Notes under the pieces: model-generated
What the model was told of the DNA's origin: nothing
The model's input: the letters and a program-made list of their open reading frames with translations, nothing else
The model's database searches: none
Position numbers and translations under genes: made by a program
Assembly (NCBI RefSeq): GCF_006345805.1
Contig: NC_043026.1
Span: 14,177,579-14,241,578 of the forward strand
Length of the DNA stretch: 64,000 nt
Direction: 5' to 3'
DNA from: Octopus sinensis
Taxonomy: Eukaryota
Shown here: positions 1 to 14,068 of the stretch, piece by piece
Layout: the number at the start of each line of letters is the position of its first letter
How positions within the stretch are numbered: position 1 is the first letter of the stretch

Positions 1-1135
1 AGTAATTATTGGGGCACTGTGATATGTACCAATCTGTGATATGTACCAATAGAGCTAAAGATCAGTGAAAAAGAAAATACCTACACTGGACTAAGTTTAT
101 ACCATAATTATTGGGGCACTGTGATATGTACCAATCTGTGATATGTACCAATAGAGCTAAAGACCAGTGAAAAAGAAAATACCTACACTGGACTAAGTTT
201 ATACCAGTAATTATTGGGGCACTGTGATATGTACCAATCTGTGATATGTACCAATAGAGCTAAAGACCAGTGAAAAAGAAAATACCTACACTGGACTAAG
301 TTTATACTAGTAATTATTGGGGCACTGTGATATGTACCAATCTGTGATATGTACCAATAGAGCTAAAGACCAGTGAAAAAGAAAATACCTACACTGGACT
401 AAGTTTATACCAGTAATTATTGGGGCACTGTGATATGTACCAATCTGTGATATGTACCAATAGAGCTAAAGACCAGTGAAAAAGAAAATACCTACACTGG
501 ACTAAGTTTATACCAGTAATTATTGGGGCACTGTGATATGTACCAATCTGTGATAAGTACCAATAGAGCTAAAGATCAGTGAAAAAGAAAATACCTACAC
601 TGGACTAAGTTTATACCAGTAATTATTGGGGCACTGTGATATGTACCAATCTGTGATATGTACCAATAGAGCTAAAGACCAGTGAAAAAGAAAATACCTA
701 CACTGGACTAAGTTTATACCAGTAATTATTGGGGCACTGTGATATGTACCAATCTGTGATATGTACCAATAGAGCTAAAGATCAGTGAAAAAGAAAATAC
801 CTACACTGGACTAAGTTTATACCAGTAATTATTGGGGCACTGTGATATGTACCAATCTGTGATAAGTACCAATAGAGCTAAAGATCAGTGAAAAAGAAAA
901 TACCTACACTGGACTAAGTTTATACCAGTAATTATTGGGGCACTGTGATATGTACCAATCTGTGATATGTACCAATAGAGCTAAAGATCAGTGAAAAAGA
1001 AAATACCTACACTGGACTAAGTTTATACCAGTAATTATTGGGGCACTGTGATATGTACCAATAGAGCTAAAGATCAGTGAAAAAGAAAATACCTACACCG
1101 AACCAAGATCATACCAGTAATTATTTGGGCACTGC
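1..1135 (+). repeat. 103-bp tandem satellite, about 11 copies, truncated by the window start
   Basis: Unit AGTAATTATTGGGGCACTGTGATATGTACCAAT...CTAAGTTTATACC recurs every ~103 bp (positions 1, 104, ..., 721). It has an internal 17-bp duplication CTGTGATATGTACCAAT. Confidence 0.95.
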
Positions 1136-1264
1136 CTAAATACCAATCTTGTGAAATTAAGCTTCTTTAAACCAGAGGAGAAAGCTGATTCGAATTTTAC
1201 AGATCTAAATCATAATTGGAAATGTAAAAATCTGTAACACTTTCCAGAAGTTTTTATTTACATA

Positions 1265-1644
1265 CTAGCAGTATCGCCCGGCGTTGCTCAGGTTTGTAAG
1301 GGAAATAACTATAAAGCATTTTTAGAGAGTTATAGCCACAAAATAGCAAAAAAATGGAAAAAATGATGGTAAATTTTTTTTGAGTAAAAAAAGGTGGAGT
1401 TGCGTCCCCTAGACAGTTTGCAGTTTGTGTTTCTGATTCTCGACCCCATGTCGAATTTATCGATTTTTTTCAGAACTGGGTGAACTTTCAAAATTTTCGC
1501 TGCGTTAGTTTTGAATTATGACATTGGGCTATGTGTGTGTCAAGTTTCATCAGAATCGGTTGAAAGCCGTGGTCAGGGTGAGGGTACAAGCAAACAGACA
1601 CACAGAAACACGCACAGACAAACTGCCGTTTATATAAAGAGAGA
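1265..1644 (-). mobile_element. Non-autonomous Helitron, family H1
   Basis: On the minus strand it starts TC, ends with the AGCAACGCCGGG subterminal hairpin and CTAG, and sits between A and T. It is a near-identical reverse complement of 40412..40784. Confidence 0.85.
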
Positions 1645-1705
1645 TACAGATCATCGTCGACTTACGACCTATCCGACTTACGACCGATCAACTTTATGAC
1701 GATTT

Positions 1706-1938
1706 TTTTTATTTCTCTATTACCTACAAGGGGCTAAACACTGAGGGGACAAACAAGGACAGACAAACGGATTAAGTCGATTATATCGACCCAGTGCGTA
1801 ACTGGTACTTATTTAATCGACCCCGAAAGGATGAAAGACAAAGTCCACCTCGGCGGGATTTGAACTCAGAACGTGACGGCAGACGAAATACGGCTACGCA
1901 TTTCGCCCGGCGTGCTGACGCTTCTGCCAGCTCGCCGC
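1706..1938 (-). mobile_element. tRNA-derived SINE, family A, single copy
   Basis: Minus strand head GCGGCGAGCTGGCAGAAG (A box), GAGTTCAAAT (B box), and the same body as the other family A copies in the window. Confidence 0.85.
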
Positions 1939-2186
1939 TTTTATGATGATCGGCGCGCCACCTCCCGTCAGCAATGATGAATAGTGTGGTTGAAATGTAA
2001 TTGGTTTAATTTCTTAGAAATTAACCCGTCTAAGTTATCTAAGTTATTTAAGTTATCTACGGGTGATATCAGCTAACAAACGCTTCCCCTGGGTTTGGTT
2101 ATCGATCGCCTCTGTGATTATCTTAAGTGTTGGATGATTATCCTGTGGCGGAGACATCGAGGCAACCTCGTATTTGTTTATAAGAC

Positions 2187-3142
2187 GACTGCTTGAGACT
2201 CCGAAATTTTTACTAACGCCGACTGCTTGAGACTCCGAAATTTTTACTAACGCCGACTGCTTGAGACTCCGAAATTTTTACTAACGCCGACTGCTTGAGA
2301 CTCCGAAATTTTTACTAACGCCGACTGCTTGAGACTCCGAAATTTTTACTAACGCCGACTGCTTGAGACTCCGAAATTTTTACTAACGCCGACTGCTTGA
2401 GACTCCGAAATTTTTACTAACGCCGACTGCTTGAGACTCCGAAATTATTACTAACGCCAACTGCTTGAGACTCCGAAATTTTTACTAACGCCGACTGCTT
2501 GAGACACCGAAATTTTTACTAACGCCGACTGCTTGAGACTCCGAAATTTTTACTAACGCCGACTGCTTGAGACTCCGAAATTTTTACTAACGCCGACTGC
2601 TTGAGACTCCGAAATATTTACTAACGCCGACTGCTTGAGACTCCGAAATTTTTACTAACGCCGACTGCTTGAGACTCCGAAATTTTTACTAACGCCGCCG
2701 ACTGCTTGAGACTCCGAAATTTTTACTAACGCCGGACTGCTTGAGACTCCGAAATTTTTACTAACGCCGACTGCTTGAGACTCCGAAATTTTTACTAACG
2801 CCAACTGCTTGAGACTCCGAAATTTTTACTAACGCCGACTGCTTGAGACACCGAAATTTTTACTAACGCCGACTGCTTGAGACTCCGAAATATTTACTAA
2901 CGCCGACTGCTTGAGACTCCGAAATTTTTACTAACGCCGACTGCTTGAGACTCCGAAATATTTACTAACGCCGACTGCTTGAGACTCCGAAATTTTTACT
3001 AACGCCGACTGCTTGAGACTCCGAAATTTTTATTAACGCCGACTGCTTGAGACTCCGAAATTTTTACTAACGCCGACTGCTTGAGACTCCGAAATTTTTA
3101 CTAACGCCGACTGCTTGAGACTCCGAAATTTTTACTAACGCC
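2187..3142. repeat. 34-bp minisatellite, about 28 copies
   Basis: GACTGCTTGAGACTCCGAAATTTTTACTAACGCC repeated head-to-tail without spacers. Confidence 0.95.
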
Positions 3143-4072
3143 AGTATGCTGTGTGTGACTTTTACCTGTGGATATACCTTAAGAATGTAAAAATATAAAA
3201 CAAAGCTATGTAGACCTCTAGGCCGACTTACGATCAGTCAGTTCGGACCAGTTGTGGTTGTAAGTCGACGACGACCTGTATACACACATGTCTAGACATG
3301 CAAATATAAGCATGAGAATACATAAGTGAAACAGATGATACAAACCTGAACATGTAATAACACCAAATACTGCACATATATACACATACATGCGAAAATA
3401 CTCTGATGTTGAAGTTCCAAAGAAGGAGCTTTGGATCTAGAAACCTGCTCTTTCTCATTGGCACGAAATCCTGAAATAAAACTAAATAATGACATGCAAA
3501 TATACACAATGGCAAGAGCTGTTGATGGTCCAAGAATCGGACATGAGCCATTACTACACATAGAAAAGTAGCGTACGATGTATTGGAAAAGTTGAGTTAC
3601 TGAATGAGGCAAGATTGTGTAGAAGTTTTTTTTTTCTTTAATAAATATTTTAAACATTACATATATTGCAACATACCTACATAGATGATCCCTACATTTC
3701 AACATATTTATATAAGCACAACTCTGTAACGTGACACACATAAAGAAATAAATCATGTAACGATGGAAACGAATTCACGAAAAGAAAAATAAACACTGTT
3801 CAATATGTTTGTTTGAATACGGTTGTAGAAGTAAAAACAGTCCGAAAGGAAAGATTACCCAAAAAGGGGACAACATTGAATTTAATGATGACAAAACTTT
3901 GCCGAAAATTTTAAATAATTTTAAAGGGTTTTCTTATTTTCGTGAGAATTTGCAGTTTTCAAGTTCTCTTACCTCTTCCCTACCTTTCCCGCCTCCTCTC
4001 AATCTCTCCCTCAATATGTTACATCCCGCTCAATGACTACATCATGGACATTATATCACAATATCCTATGTT

Positions 4073-4394
4073 TTATGTCCACCGGTCCTTTCCAATACAC
4101 TGACCCTTTCCTCCCCACCATTCCCATATGTTCTCATACCATGTCGGCTTGTAATAATCGGCAGCGTGTAGCATCGCACAAACACGACACCAAAATTGGA
4201 AATCAATAAATTCTCCTGTTCCTTTCCATTTGAAATACTCATTATAAAGAGTATCATTTTTATCAAGTTTATGCAGATAATCTGCCAATTCTTTTGGGGA
4301 TTTGAAATCCTCGTAGTGGATGTACGAATTCTCGGGTGCTACTTTACGATAGTCGTCGGGATGGGCACCCATTACAATTGGAATAACATTATAT
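4073..4394 (-). CDS. FucTA: Alpha-1,3-fucosyltransferase (GT10, FucTA-like), exon 2 of 2
   Basis: Acceptor TTTGTCTATTGCAG ends at 4395. It translates (K)YNVIPIVMGAHPDDY...SYIHYEDFKSPKELADYL...FWCRVCAMLH and joins exon 1 in phase 2. Confidence 0.9.
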
Positions 4395-4559
4395 CTGCAA
4401 TAGACAAAAGAAAAGAAAAAACGAAAATACAGCTGCCATAAACAATATTGGAATAAGAAATAATGATTCATGCGAGCAAATTATAGATAAATCATATATA
4501 ATGATATCATATAAAGAATAAGTTTATAAAAAGTTATGATAGCTTATGATTTGTTTGGC

Positions 4560-5004
4560 TCATTATTAAAGGTAAAGTGAAGACTTTAAAAACAAGATCT
4601 GGGTAGAATAGAAGCCTGGAAACTGAAAAAGTTAAGAAACACATGATTTAAGTCTTCTCTTGAGAAGATACTGGAAGCAGGTAAGCTTTTCGGATATCAG
4701 AAAAGGATGGATCAATATCCGCAGAACAGACTCTTTGAGACAGACCACTGGAGATTTTTATAAAGTACCAAAGATGAGAAGCCTAGTGCAGAAGTAAGTG
4801 CTGGAGTAAAATTTAGTATAATCCAGTCAATCATAATGAAGATGCAACATGATTGAAGAAAGTGGAGGAAGAAGTAGTGAGTGAAAAGCAGACAGATCTA
4901 AGACTAATGAGTGAAGTGATGGGGAAAATGCCGAATCGAAAGGGCTCAGGACCAGATTTCGTTCAAGGGTATTGGTTAAATAAATTTAGAAGCTTACATA
5001 TAAT

Positions 5005-5042
<38 letters not shown>

Positions 5043-5560
5043 CTTTTACTTGTTTCAGTCATTTGACTGCGGCCATGCTGGAGCACCGCCTTTAGTCGAA
5101 CAAATCGACCCCGGGACTTATTCTTTGTAAGCCCAGTACTATCGGTCTCTTTTGCCGAACCGCTAAGCTACGGAGGACGTAAACACACCATCATCGGTTG
5201 TCAACCGATGTTGGGGGGACAAACACAGACACACAAACATATACACACACATACATATATATATATACATATATACAACAGGCTTCTTTCAGTTTCCGTC
5301 TTCCAAATCCACTCACAAGGCATTGGTCGGCCCGAGGCTATAGCAGAAGACACTTGCCCAAGATGCCACGCAGTGGGACTGAACCCGGAACTATGTGGTT
5401 GGTAAGCAAGCTACTTACCACACAGCCACTCCTGCGGAGTGAACTGAGGAGAGAACTTTACGATCAGCTTAATGCAGGAATAATACCAGAATTGATAACT
5501 AGAGGGAGAAAATTACTCCTTATAAAAAGACAAAATCAATTAGAAAAGCTAGACTGAAGA
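4560..5560 (+). mobile_element. Decayed non-LTR retrotransposon RT fragment (R4/Dong-like), interrupted by a family C SINE, in the FucT intron
   Basis: MPNRKGSGPDFVQGYWLNKF resumes after the SINE as ELYDQLNAGIIPELITRGRKLLLIK, resembling early RT motifs. Confidence 0.55.
5040..5436 (-). mobile_element. Composite SINE, family C (tRNA-like head, CORE-like segment, microsatellite, second body). Other copies lie near 10780-11178, 14800-15195, 26561-26835, 28995-29320, 45800-46190 and 50050-50410.
   Basis: Minus head GGAGTGGCTGTGTGGTAAG...GGGTTCAGTCCC, then CTTGGGCAAGTGTCTT, and tail CCAGCATGGCCGCAGTCAAATGACTGAAACAAGTAAAAGA. Recurs many times in the window. Confidence 0.8.
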
Positions 5561-5894
5561 ACTAGCTACTGGGAAAATGCCAGCGAATGTGCGCCTACAC
5601 AGAAGCAAACAAGACATTATATAGATAGAACAGATAATGAAGTATACATATATGACTGCAGGAAGTCTTACGGATGTATACAGGAGGACAAATGTAACAT
5701 GCGACCCTCATTGTTGTACGTACATGCTAAAGCATACCCACAAAGCGTACACACATCGTTGCTAGAGTTTCATTGAAATAACATTAACTATAGGGAATTA
5801 ACCAACTCTGAAGAATGAGAGCCATTCGAAAAGCACTACTTAGTCTCATTAATTCAAATACAAAGACACACGGATTTAAAATTCAAGTACTTAC

Positions 5895-6838
5895 TTCAAA
5901 CCATTAATGAAGAATTTTTCAGTAATATAATCTCTACAATTGGAATTTTCGAATGCCAAATAAAATTTGTATTCCTTTTTTAATATCTCAAAGCATTTAT
6001 TTTCATTCCTTCTCGTGCAAATTTTTGTACCACATCTACCGTAAATATCCACTTGGATATATTTTCCGAGCTCCTTAGCATAACCCATGCGATTGTTGCT
6101 TGGACCACAGTTCGATACGAACCAAGCAACCTTCTTTGTTTTTCCCGCTGCATAATTTTGAAATTGTACTTTTTGTCTTACTGACTTGTTAAAATATCGA
6201 AATTTTCCGTAAGGATATACAATCGTACTGTCCTGCTTATAAGTAATCGTCCAGTTGATTTTGTTTCCCAGGTGTTTCACTGATGGGTTGAAAAAAGGAC
6301 ACTCATGTGTCGTGTAAATCCATATTTGGTTCGTGTGGTTTGTTTTCTGTGATAGTCCCACTCTCTCATAAAAGAAAATAGCATCTACACTATTTTGCAT
6401 TGCTTTGTTGTTTGTGACTAAACATTCATTAACTGGACATTTATATTCCAGGAAACTCGTTTGATTTTCCTTCAATGGTTGCAGATATCTTAAACTATAT
6501 ATTAACAACGTTTTAAACTTTGGTCTATTTGGCTTTAACTTTACATTTCGATCAGAGTCTGACTGATTTTGGTGCCTATTCCGTTCATAATTTTCCCATT
6601 TTTCCTCTCCTGGTAGGACATATTTCATTTGAGCTTCGATACGATCGTTTTCAGGCTGATTACCTGGAAACAATCGAGAGGTATTCCTTGTGTAGGAAAC
6701 ATACTGCTTAGTTGTTGAAGTCCAATTCCAAATGTCTTGTAGTTTCTTGAGATTATATTCAAATTGAGAAATATAAAAACAAATGCATACTACTATGAAT
6801 ATGACAAAGAGGAAAAATATCTTGCGGTAGGTGTCCAT
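5895..6838 (-). CDS. FucTA: Alpha-1,3-fucosyltransferase (GT10, FucTA-like), exon 1 of 2. The spliced protein is 421 aa with a type II membrane anchor.
   Basis: N-terminal TM segment, VAWFVSNC, and the alpha-1,3-FucT motif YKFYLAFENSNCRDYITEKFF. Donor AA|GTAAGT at 5894. The intron is 1500 bp. Confidence 0.92.
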
Positions 6839-7249
6839 TCCTTATTTGGTGTGATGTGAACAGTTTCAAGTAGTTATTCATGTAGCAGTAAGTATTTCTT
6901 GAAAGAGGCAGTGAACTAGTTGACAGTTGAAGCACAGTTGACAAAATGTTTCGTTAGTAACTAGGATTTATAAAGACATACAACAAAAAATTATGAGCCA
7001 ATACACCGGCGATAAAATGCAGCCAAAATACATTCTAACGTCCTAAACAATGATGGAACGTATTTGTATTGAGATGTAAAATTTGAAAATCTAATAATGT
7101 AATCTGACCCGAGACTATTCAATTACGGGTTTGTTTAAATTTCCATTTGAGATCATGACATCTGTATTGATTTGAAACAACCTGCCAGTATGACGTTTCG
7201 TAGAGATCGATACAATAAAACAACTGGTCATACAACTACACTAGGACTG

Positions 7250-7291
<42 letters not shown>

Positions 7292-7475
7292 TACATACAT
7301 ACACACATATATAAATACATATTTTTTTCTTGTCTAGTTTCAACTTGAGAGTTGTGGCCATGCTGGTGCACTGCTGTTTGCTTTGCAACACATTCACTAA
7401 ACTTTCTCTGATATGTGGCATTTGGTAGATGCCGTGAGGTAGCTTCGTCCGCAACTCTTGACAGAATATCCAATT

Positions 7476-8108
7476 TTGGTTTGAAGAACCCCTAGGTGTT
7501 GGTTATTTAAAAATTAGTGGACTGATTATGTTCAATAATAAAAAAAAACTTATTTACCTGTTTTAACATCCTCGCCATCGAAATTATCTCTTTTTGCAGC
7601 AATACGCCGCTCCCAACGTACCTGTCTCTTGGAATCCAGCGTTGAGGTCGTTTTCTGTAAGCGAGGCGTGGACCTTCTACGATTCGCTTTGGATTTCGAC
7701 AAGGGTGTTAAAATGGTGACTTTTAGGCTGCAGTTTCATCATTGGGAAGAAATGGAAGTCCGCAGGTGCTAAATCTAGCGAACAGAACGGGTGCAGAAGT
7801 GATACCATGTTGTTTTTGTCGAGAAATTCATGTGTAAGGAGAACTCGGTGAAGAATCCAATTCATCGCACAGATCCGGTCGTTTACGCCGAATGTCGTCC
7901 TCCTTGAAACGCTCCAAAACGCCGAAGTAAAACTCTCGATTGACGGTCTGGCACTGCGTAACGAAATTCTCGATGCACAATACCACATTTCCGAGAGTAA
8001 CGCTCGTGGCAGCTCTTCCAGCTCGCTCATCATCTTCCAGGAACATTCTTCCCACATTGAAGTGCCCGTGCTACACGAAACATTGCATATGGCCCATTGC
8101 TTCATCGC
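7476..8108 (-). mobile_element. Degenerate mariner transposase remnant
   Basis: LLHPFCSLDLAPADFHFFP matches the mariner HPPYSPDLAPSDF motif. The frame is shifted. Confidence 0.75.
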
Positions 8109-8763
8109 CCATGTAGGTCTCTCAGGCTTTGTGGGAAGATATTAAAGAGCTGTGGTCCCTTGAAGTACAAGCTGCTGCAGTATATGGGGTCCTGTGCCCT
8201 GATAGCAATGTTGGGATTTTTGGTATTATGCAGTGGCGCCCCTTTCTGATGTTTGAGTAACTGACAAGGCCAAAGTTTGCTACAAGTTCTCCAGATTTTC
8301 CCAAATCTATTTTACCGCGTATCTTTTCCGCCTCCATTCTAGAGAGTAGTCTTCACTTTATTCAGTCTCTCTCAGTAGCTGACATGTCGCATTGAGACGA
8401 TCTTTTTGTGTAACTTCGCTGGATTGCTTCGAGTTCCGTTGTTAATTTTACCCTGTGTGGGGACTGTATTTACGAGCAGTAATTCAAAGGGCTCGGGACG
8501 AAAGTCCTGTACAAGAACATCAAGACTTTCTGTTCCTTCATTCTGAAAGGTCGAAGAATCCATCCCACCAGCTGTCTGCATATTATTGTCAACTTCGTAA
8601 TATGCACCTGGAAAGATGCATCATTACTCATGTCGACGCCCAGGTCACACATTGATTTTGATTGAGACTTTGCCTCCTGATCAATCTAGCATATCTACCT
8701 TTCATTGAATGCATGTGTTGGTAGGGCAGGGTTTTGGAATTTTCCAGCATGAAAACTGCGTTT

Positions 8764-9833
<1,070 letters not shown>

Positions 9834-10737
9834 AAACTGCGTTTTATTTTCCTCATCCCACCTGTACATTGTGTCCAACTCCCGTCGCAGATGCGCAACC
9901 TCTCCAGGTTCCGTGTCCTCTGAGAGACTTTTGTATCATCTGCATTGCTAGCAAGCGTGGCTACCCGAGTAGCTGAGTGCATGTCTGAGAGGGCCACTAT
10001 AAATATCAGCTACCCCAAGATAATGCCCTGTGAAACAACACTCATTTTTGTGTTTCCATGGAGATCCCCCGTTGCCAACTTCTCCCCTGATTTATATCTT
10101 AAGAAGTCATGTAACCATTCTCCAAGTTTTCCAAATATGCCAACACTGCGCAGCTTCTGACATATCATACTGTTATGTCGCAATACTACACGATCGCAGC
10201 GTGAGCTACGATCGTCGGCACTGTTATGTCGCACGTTCGGATGCCTTTAACTCGACTCCACTCTTCACAGAAAAGTTATGATAGCTTATGATTTGTTTGG
10301 CTCATTATTAAAGGTAAAGTGAAGAATTTAAAAACAAGATCTGGGTAGAATAGAAGCCTGGAAACTGAAAAAGTTAAGAAACACATGATTTAAGTCAGAA
10401 GATAGTGGTAGCAGGTAAGCTTTTCGGATATCAGAAAAGGATGGTTCAATATCCGCAGAACAGACTCTTTGAGACAGACCACAGGAGATTTTTATAAAGT
10501 ACCAAAGATGAGAAGCCTAGTGCAGAAGTAAGTGCTGGAGTAAAATTTAGTATAATCCAGTCAATCATAATGAAGATGCAACATGATTGAAGAAAGTGGA
10601 GGAAGAAGTAGTGAGTGAGAAGCAGACAGATCTAAGACTAATGAGTGAAGTGATGGGGAAAATGCCGAATCGAAAGGGCTCAGGACCAGATTTCGTTCAA
10701 GGGTATTGGTTAAATAAGTTTAGCAGCTTACAAGTAA

Positions 10738-10780
<43 letters not shown>

Positions 10781-11637
10781 CTTTTACTTGTTTCAGTCAT
10801 TTGACTGCGGCCATGCTGGAGCACCGCCTTTAGTCGAACAAATCGACCCCGGGACTTATTCTTTGTAAGCCCAGTACTTATTCTATCGGTCTCTTTTGCC
10901 GAACCACTAAGATACGGGGACGTAAACACACCAGCATCGGTTGTCAACCGATGTTGGGGGGACAAACACAGACACACAAACATATACACACACATACATA
11001 TATATATATACATATATACAACAGGCTTCTTTCAGTTTCCGTCTACCAAATCCACTCACAAGGCATTGGTCGGCCCGAGGCTATAGCAGAAGACACTTGC
11101 CCAAGATGCCACGCAGTGGGACTGAACCCGGAACTATGTGGTTGGTAAGCAAGCTACTTACCACACAGCCACTCCTGCGGAGTGAACTGAGGAGAGAACT
11201 TTACGATCAGCTTAATGCAGGAATAATACCAGAATTGATAACTAGAGGGAGAAAATTACTCCTTATAAAAAGACAAAATCAATTAGAAAAGCTAGACTGA
11301 AGAACTAGCTACTGGGAAAATACCTGCGAATGTGCGCCTACACAGAAGCAAACAAGACATTATATAGATAGAACAGATAATGAAGTATACATATATGACT
11401 GCAGGAAGTCTTACGGATGTATACAGGAGGACAAATGTAACATGCGACCCTCATTGTTGTACGTACATGCTAAAGCATACCCACAAAGCGTACACACATC
11501 GTTGCTAGAGTTTCATTGAAATAACATTAACTATAGGGAATTAACCAACTCTGAAGTAAGAGAGCCATTCGAAAAGCACTACTTAGTCTCATTAATTCAA
11601 ATACAAAGACACACGGATTTAAAATTCAAGTACTTAC

Positions 11638-12581
11638 TTCAAACCATTAATGAAGAATTTTTCAGTAATATAATCTCTACAATTGGAATTTTCGAATGCC
11701 AAATAAAATTTGTATTCCTTTTTTAATATCTCAAAGCATTTATTTTCATTACTTCTCGTGCAAATTTTTGTACCACATCTACCGTAAATATCCACTTGGA
11801 TATATTTTCCGAGCTCCTTAGCATAACCCATTCAATTGTTGCTTGGACCACAGTTCGATACGAACCAAGCAACCTTCTTTGTTTTTCCCGCTGCATAATT
11901 TTGAAATTGTACTTTTTGTCTTACTGACTTGTTAAAATATCGAAATTTTCCGTAAGGATATACAATCGTACTGTCCTGCTTATAAGTAATCGTCCAGTTG
12001 ATTTTGTTTCCCAGGTGTTTCACTGATGGGTTGAAAACAGGACACTCACGTGTCATAAAAATTCATATTTGGTTCGTGTGGTTTTGTTTCTGTGATAGTC
12101 CCACTCTCTCATAAAAGAAAATAGCATCTACACTATTTTGCATTGCTTTGTTGTTTGTGACTAAACATTCATTAACTGGACATTTATATTCCAGGAAACT
12201 CGTTTGATTTTCCTTCAATGGTTGCAGATATTCTAAACTGTATATTAACAACGTTTTAAACTTTGGTCTAATTGGCTTTAACATTACATTTCGATCAGAA
12301 TCTGACTGATTTTGGTGCCTATTCCGTTCATAATTTTCCCATTTTTCCTCTCCTGGTAGGACATATTTCATTTGAGCTCCGATACGATCGTTTTCAGGCT
12401 GATTACCTGGAAACAATCGAGAGGTATTCCTTGTGTAGGAAACATACTGCTTAGCTGTTGAAGTCCAATTTCAAATGTTTTGTAGGTTCTTGAGATTATA
12501 TTCAAATTGAGAAATATAAAAAGAAATGCATACTACTATGAATATGACAAAAACTGAAAATATCTTGCGGTAGGTGTCCAT
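11638..12581 (-). pseudogene. FucT exon-1 duplicate with three in-frame nonsense codons and no downstream exon 2
   Basis: Colinear with 5895..6838 (offset 5743). TGG>TGA at 12471-12473 and 12063-12065, CGC>TGA at 11832-11834. The copied intron stops at ~10271, short of the exon-2 acceptor. Confidence 0.9.
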
Positions 12582-14068
12582 TCCTTATTTGGTGTGATGT
12601 GAACAGTTTCAAGTAGTTATTCATGTAGCAGTAAGTATTTCTTGAAAGAGGCAGTGAACTAGTTGACAGTTGAAGCACAGTTGACAAAATGCTTCGTTAG
12701 TAACTAGGATTTATAAAGACATACAACAAAAAATTATGAGCCAATACACCGGCGATAAAATGCAGCCAAAATACATTCTAACGTTCTAAACAATGATGGA
12801 ACGTATTTGTATTGAGATGTAAAATTTGAAAATCTAATAATGTAATCTGACCCGAGACTATTCAATTACGGGTTTGTTTAAATTTCCATTTGAGATCATG
12901 ACATCTGTATTGATTTGAAACAACCTGCCTGTATTACGTTTCGTAGAGATCGATACAATAAAACAACTGGTCATACAACTACACTAGGACTGAGTACACA
13001 TACACACACACAAACACACACACACACACACACACACACCACACACACACGCACGCACATACATACATACACGCATATATATACATATTTTTTTCTTGTC
13101 TAGTTTCAACTTGAGACTTGTGGCCATGCTGGTGCACTGCTGTTTGCTTTGCAACACATTCACTAAACTTTGTCTGATATGTGGCATTTGGTAGATGCCG
13201 TGAGGGGGAGCTTCGTTCGCAACTCTTGACAGAATATCCAATTTTGGTTTGAAGGAACCCTAGGTGTTGATATAAAAAAATTCGTGGACTGGTTCTGTTC
13301 AATAATAAATAAAACACTTATTTACCTGTTTTAACATCCTCGCCATCGAAATTGTCTCTTTTTGCAGCAATACGCCGCTCCCAACGTGCCTGTCTCCACT
13401 CTTCACAGCTGTCCTACACAGCTGTGCTCCTAACGTCTAGGCTTCTCCCTCTATATCTCCCTCTATATTCATCGTCTGGGAGCGTCCAGACAACACATAC
13501 CATGGGCGATATTTGAGTTGTTGGACCGCTGCTTTACCAATCAATTGTAGTGCTGAAAGAGCTATGTCAAACAGGCTTCTACCTGGTCGAAAACAGTACT
13601 GAGTGTCAGTCACCAAGTAATCCCCTTCAATGAATGCCATTACTTTCCTGTAGACTATTCGCTCCATGACTATGCTGACGTGTGAGGTCAGAGAGATCAG
13701 AGGTCTATAGATTTTAACATCTGCTCTGCTTCCCCCTTTATCAATAGGGCATATTAGTCCCTCGTTCAGTTTTCCTGGGAGCTTATCATTTGCAAGGAAG
13801 TTCCGAAAATGAAATTGCAGTGGCTTTGCAAGGGCTCGATTGCATGACCACTTGAGAAGGATTCCGGGATTCTATTGGGGCCAGCAGTCGAGTCTGCTTC
13901 TACGACATCTATTGCCAGTGTTACATCCTCTTCTTTCAATAGTTACTCTTCCCTACCTTTCCCACCCCTCCCTCTCAATCTCTCTCCCTCTCTATCTCTC
14001 TCTCTCTGAATATATTTCATCCCGGTCAATGACTACATCATGGACATTATATCACAATATCCTATGTT

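Larger units (their letters stand above)
1647..3278. mobile_element. Non-autonomous Tc1/mariner/pogo-type TIR element carrying a SINE and a 34-bp array
   Basis: Imperfect TIRs CAGATCATCGTCGACTTACGACC and GGTTGTAAGTCGACGACGACCTG, flanked by TA at 1645-1646 and 3279-3280. Confidence 0.75.

Noticed and set aside
2187-3142. CRISPR array (repeat length 34 bp)
   Set aside because: Repeats are contiguous with no unique spacers, there are no cas genes, and the context is eukaryotic.
4395-4471. N-terminal extension MNHYFLFQY... of the 132-aa ORFs (also 14391-14467)
   Set aside because: This is intronic sequence upstream of the splice acceptor.
11634-12416. Three separate small fucosyltransferase genes, or selenocysteine/readthrough at the TGA codons
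   Set aside because: They are pieces of one duplicated exon. The TGAs replace Trp and Arg codons of the intact copy, and exon 2 is missing.
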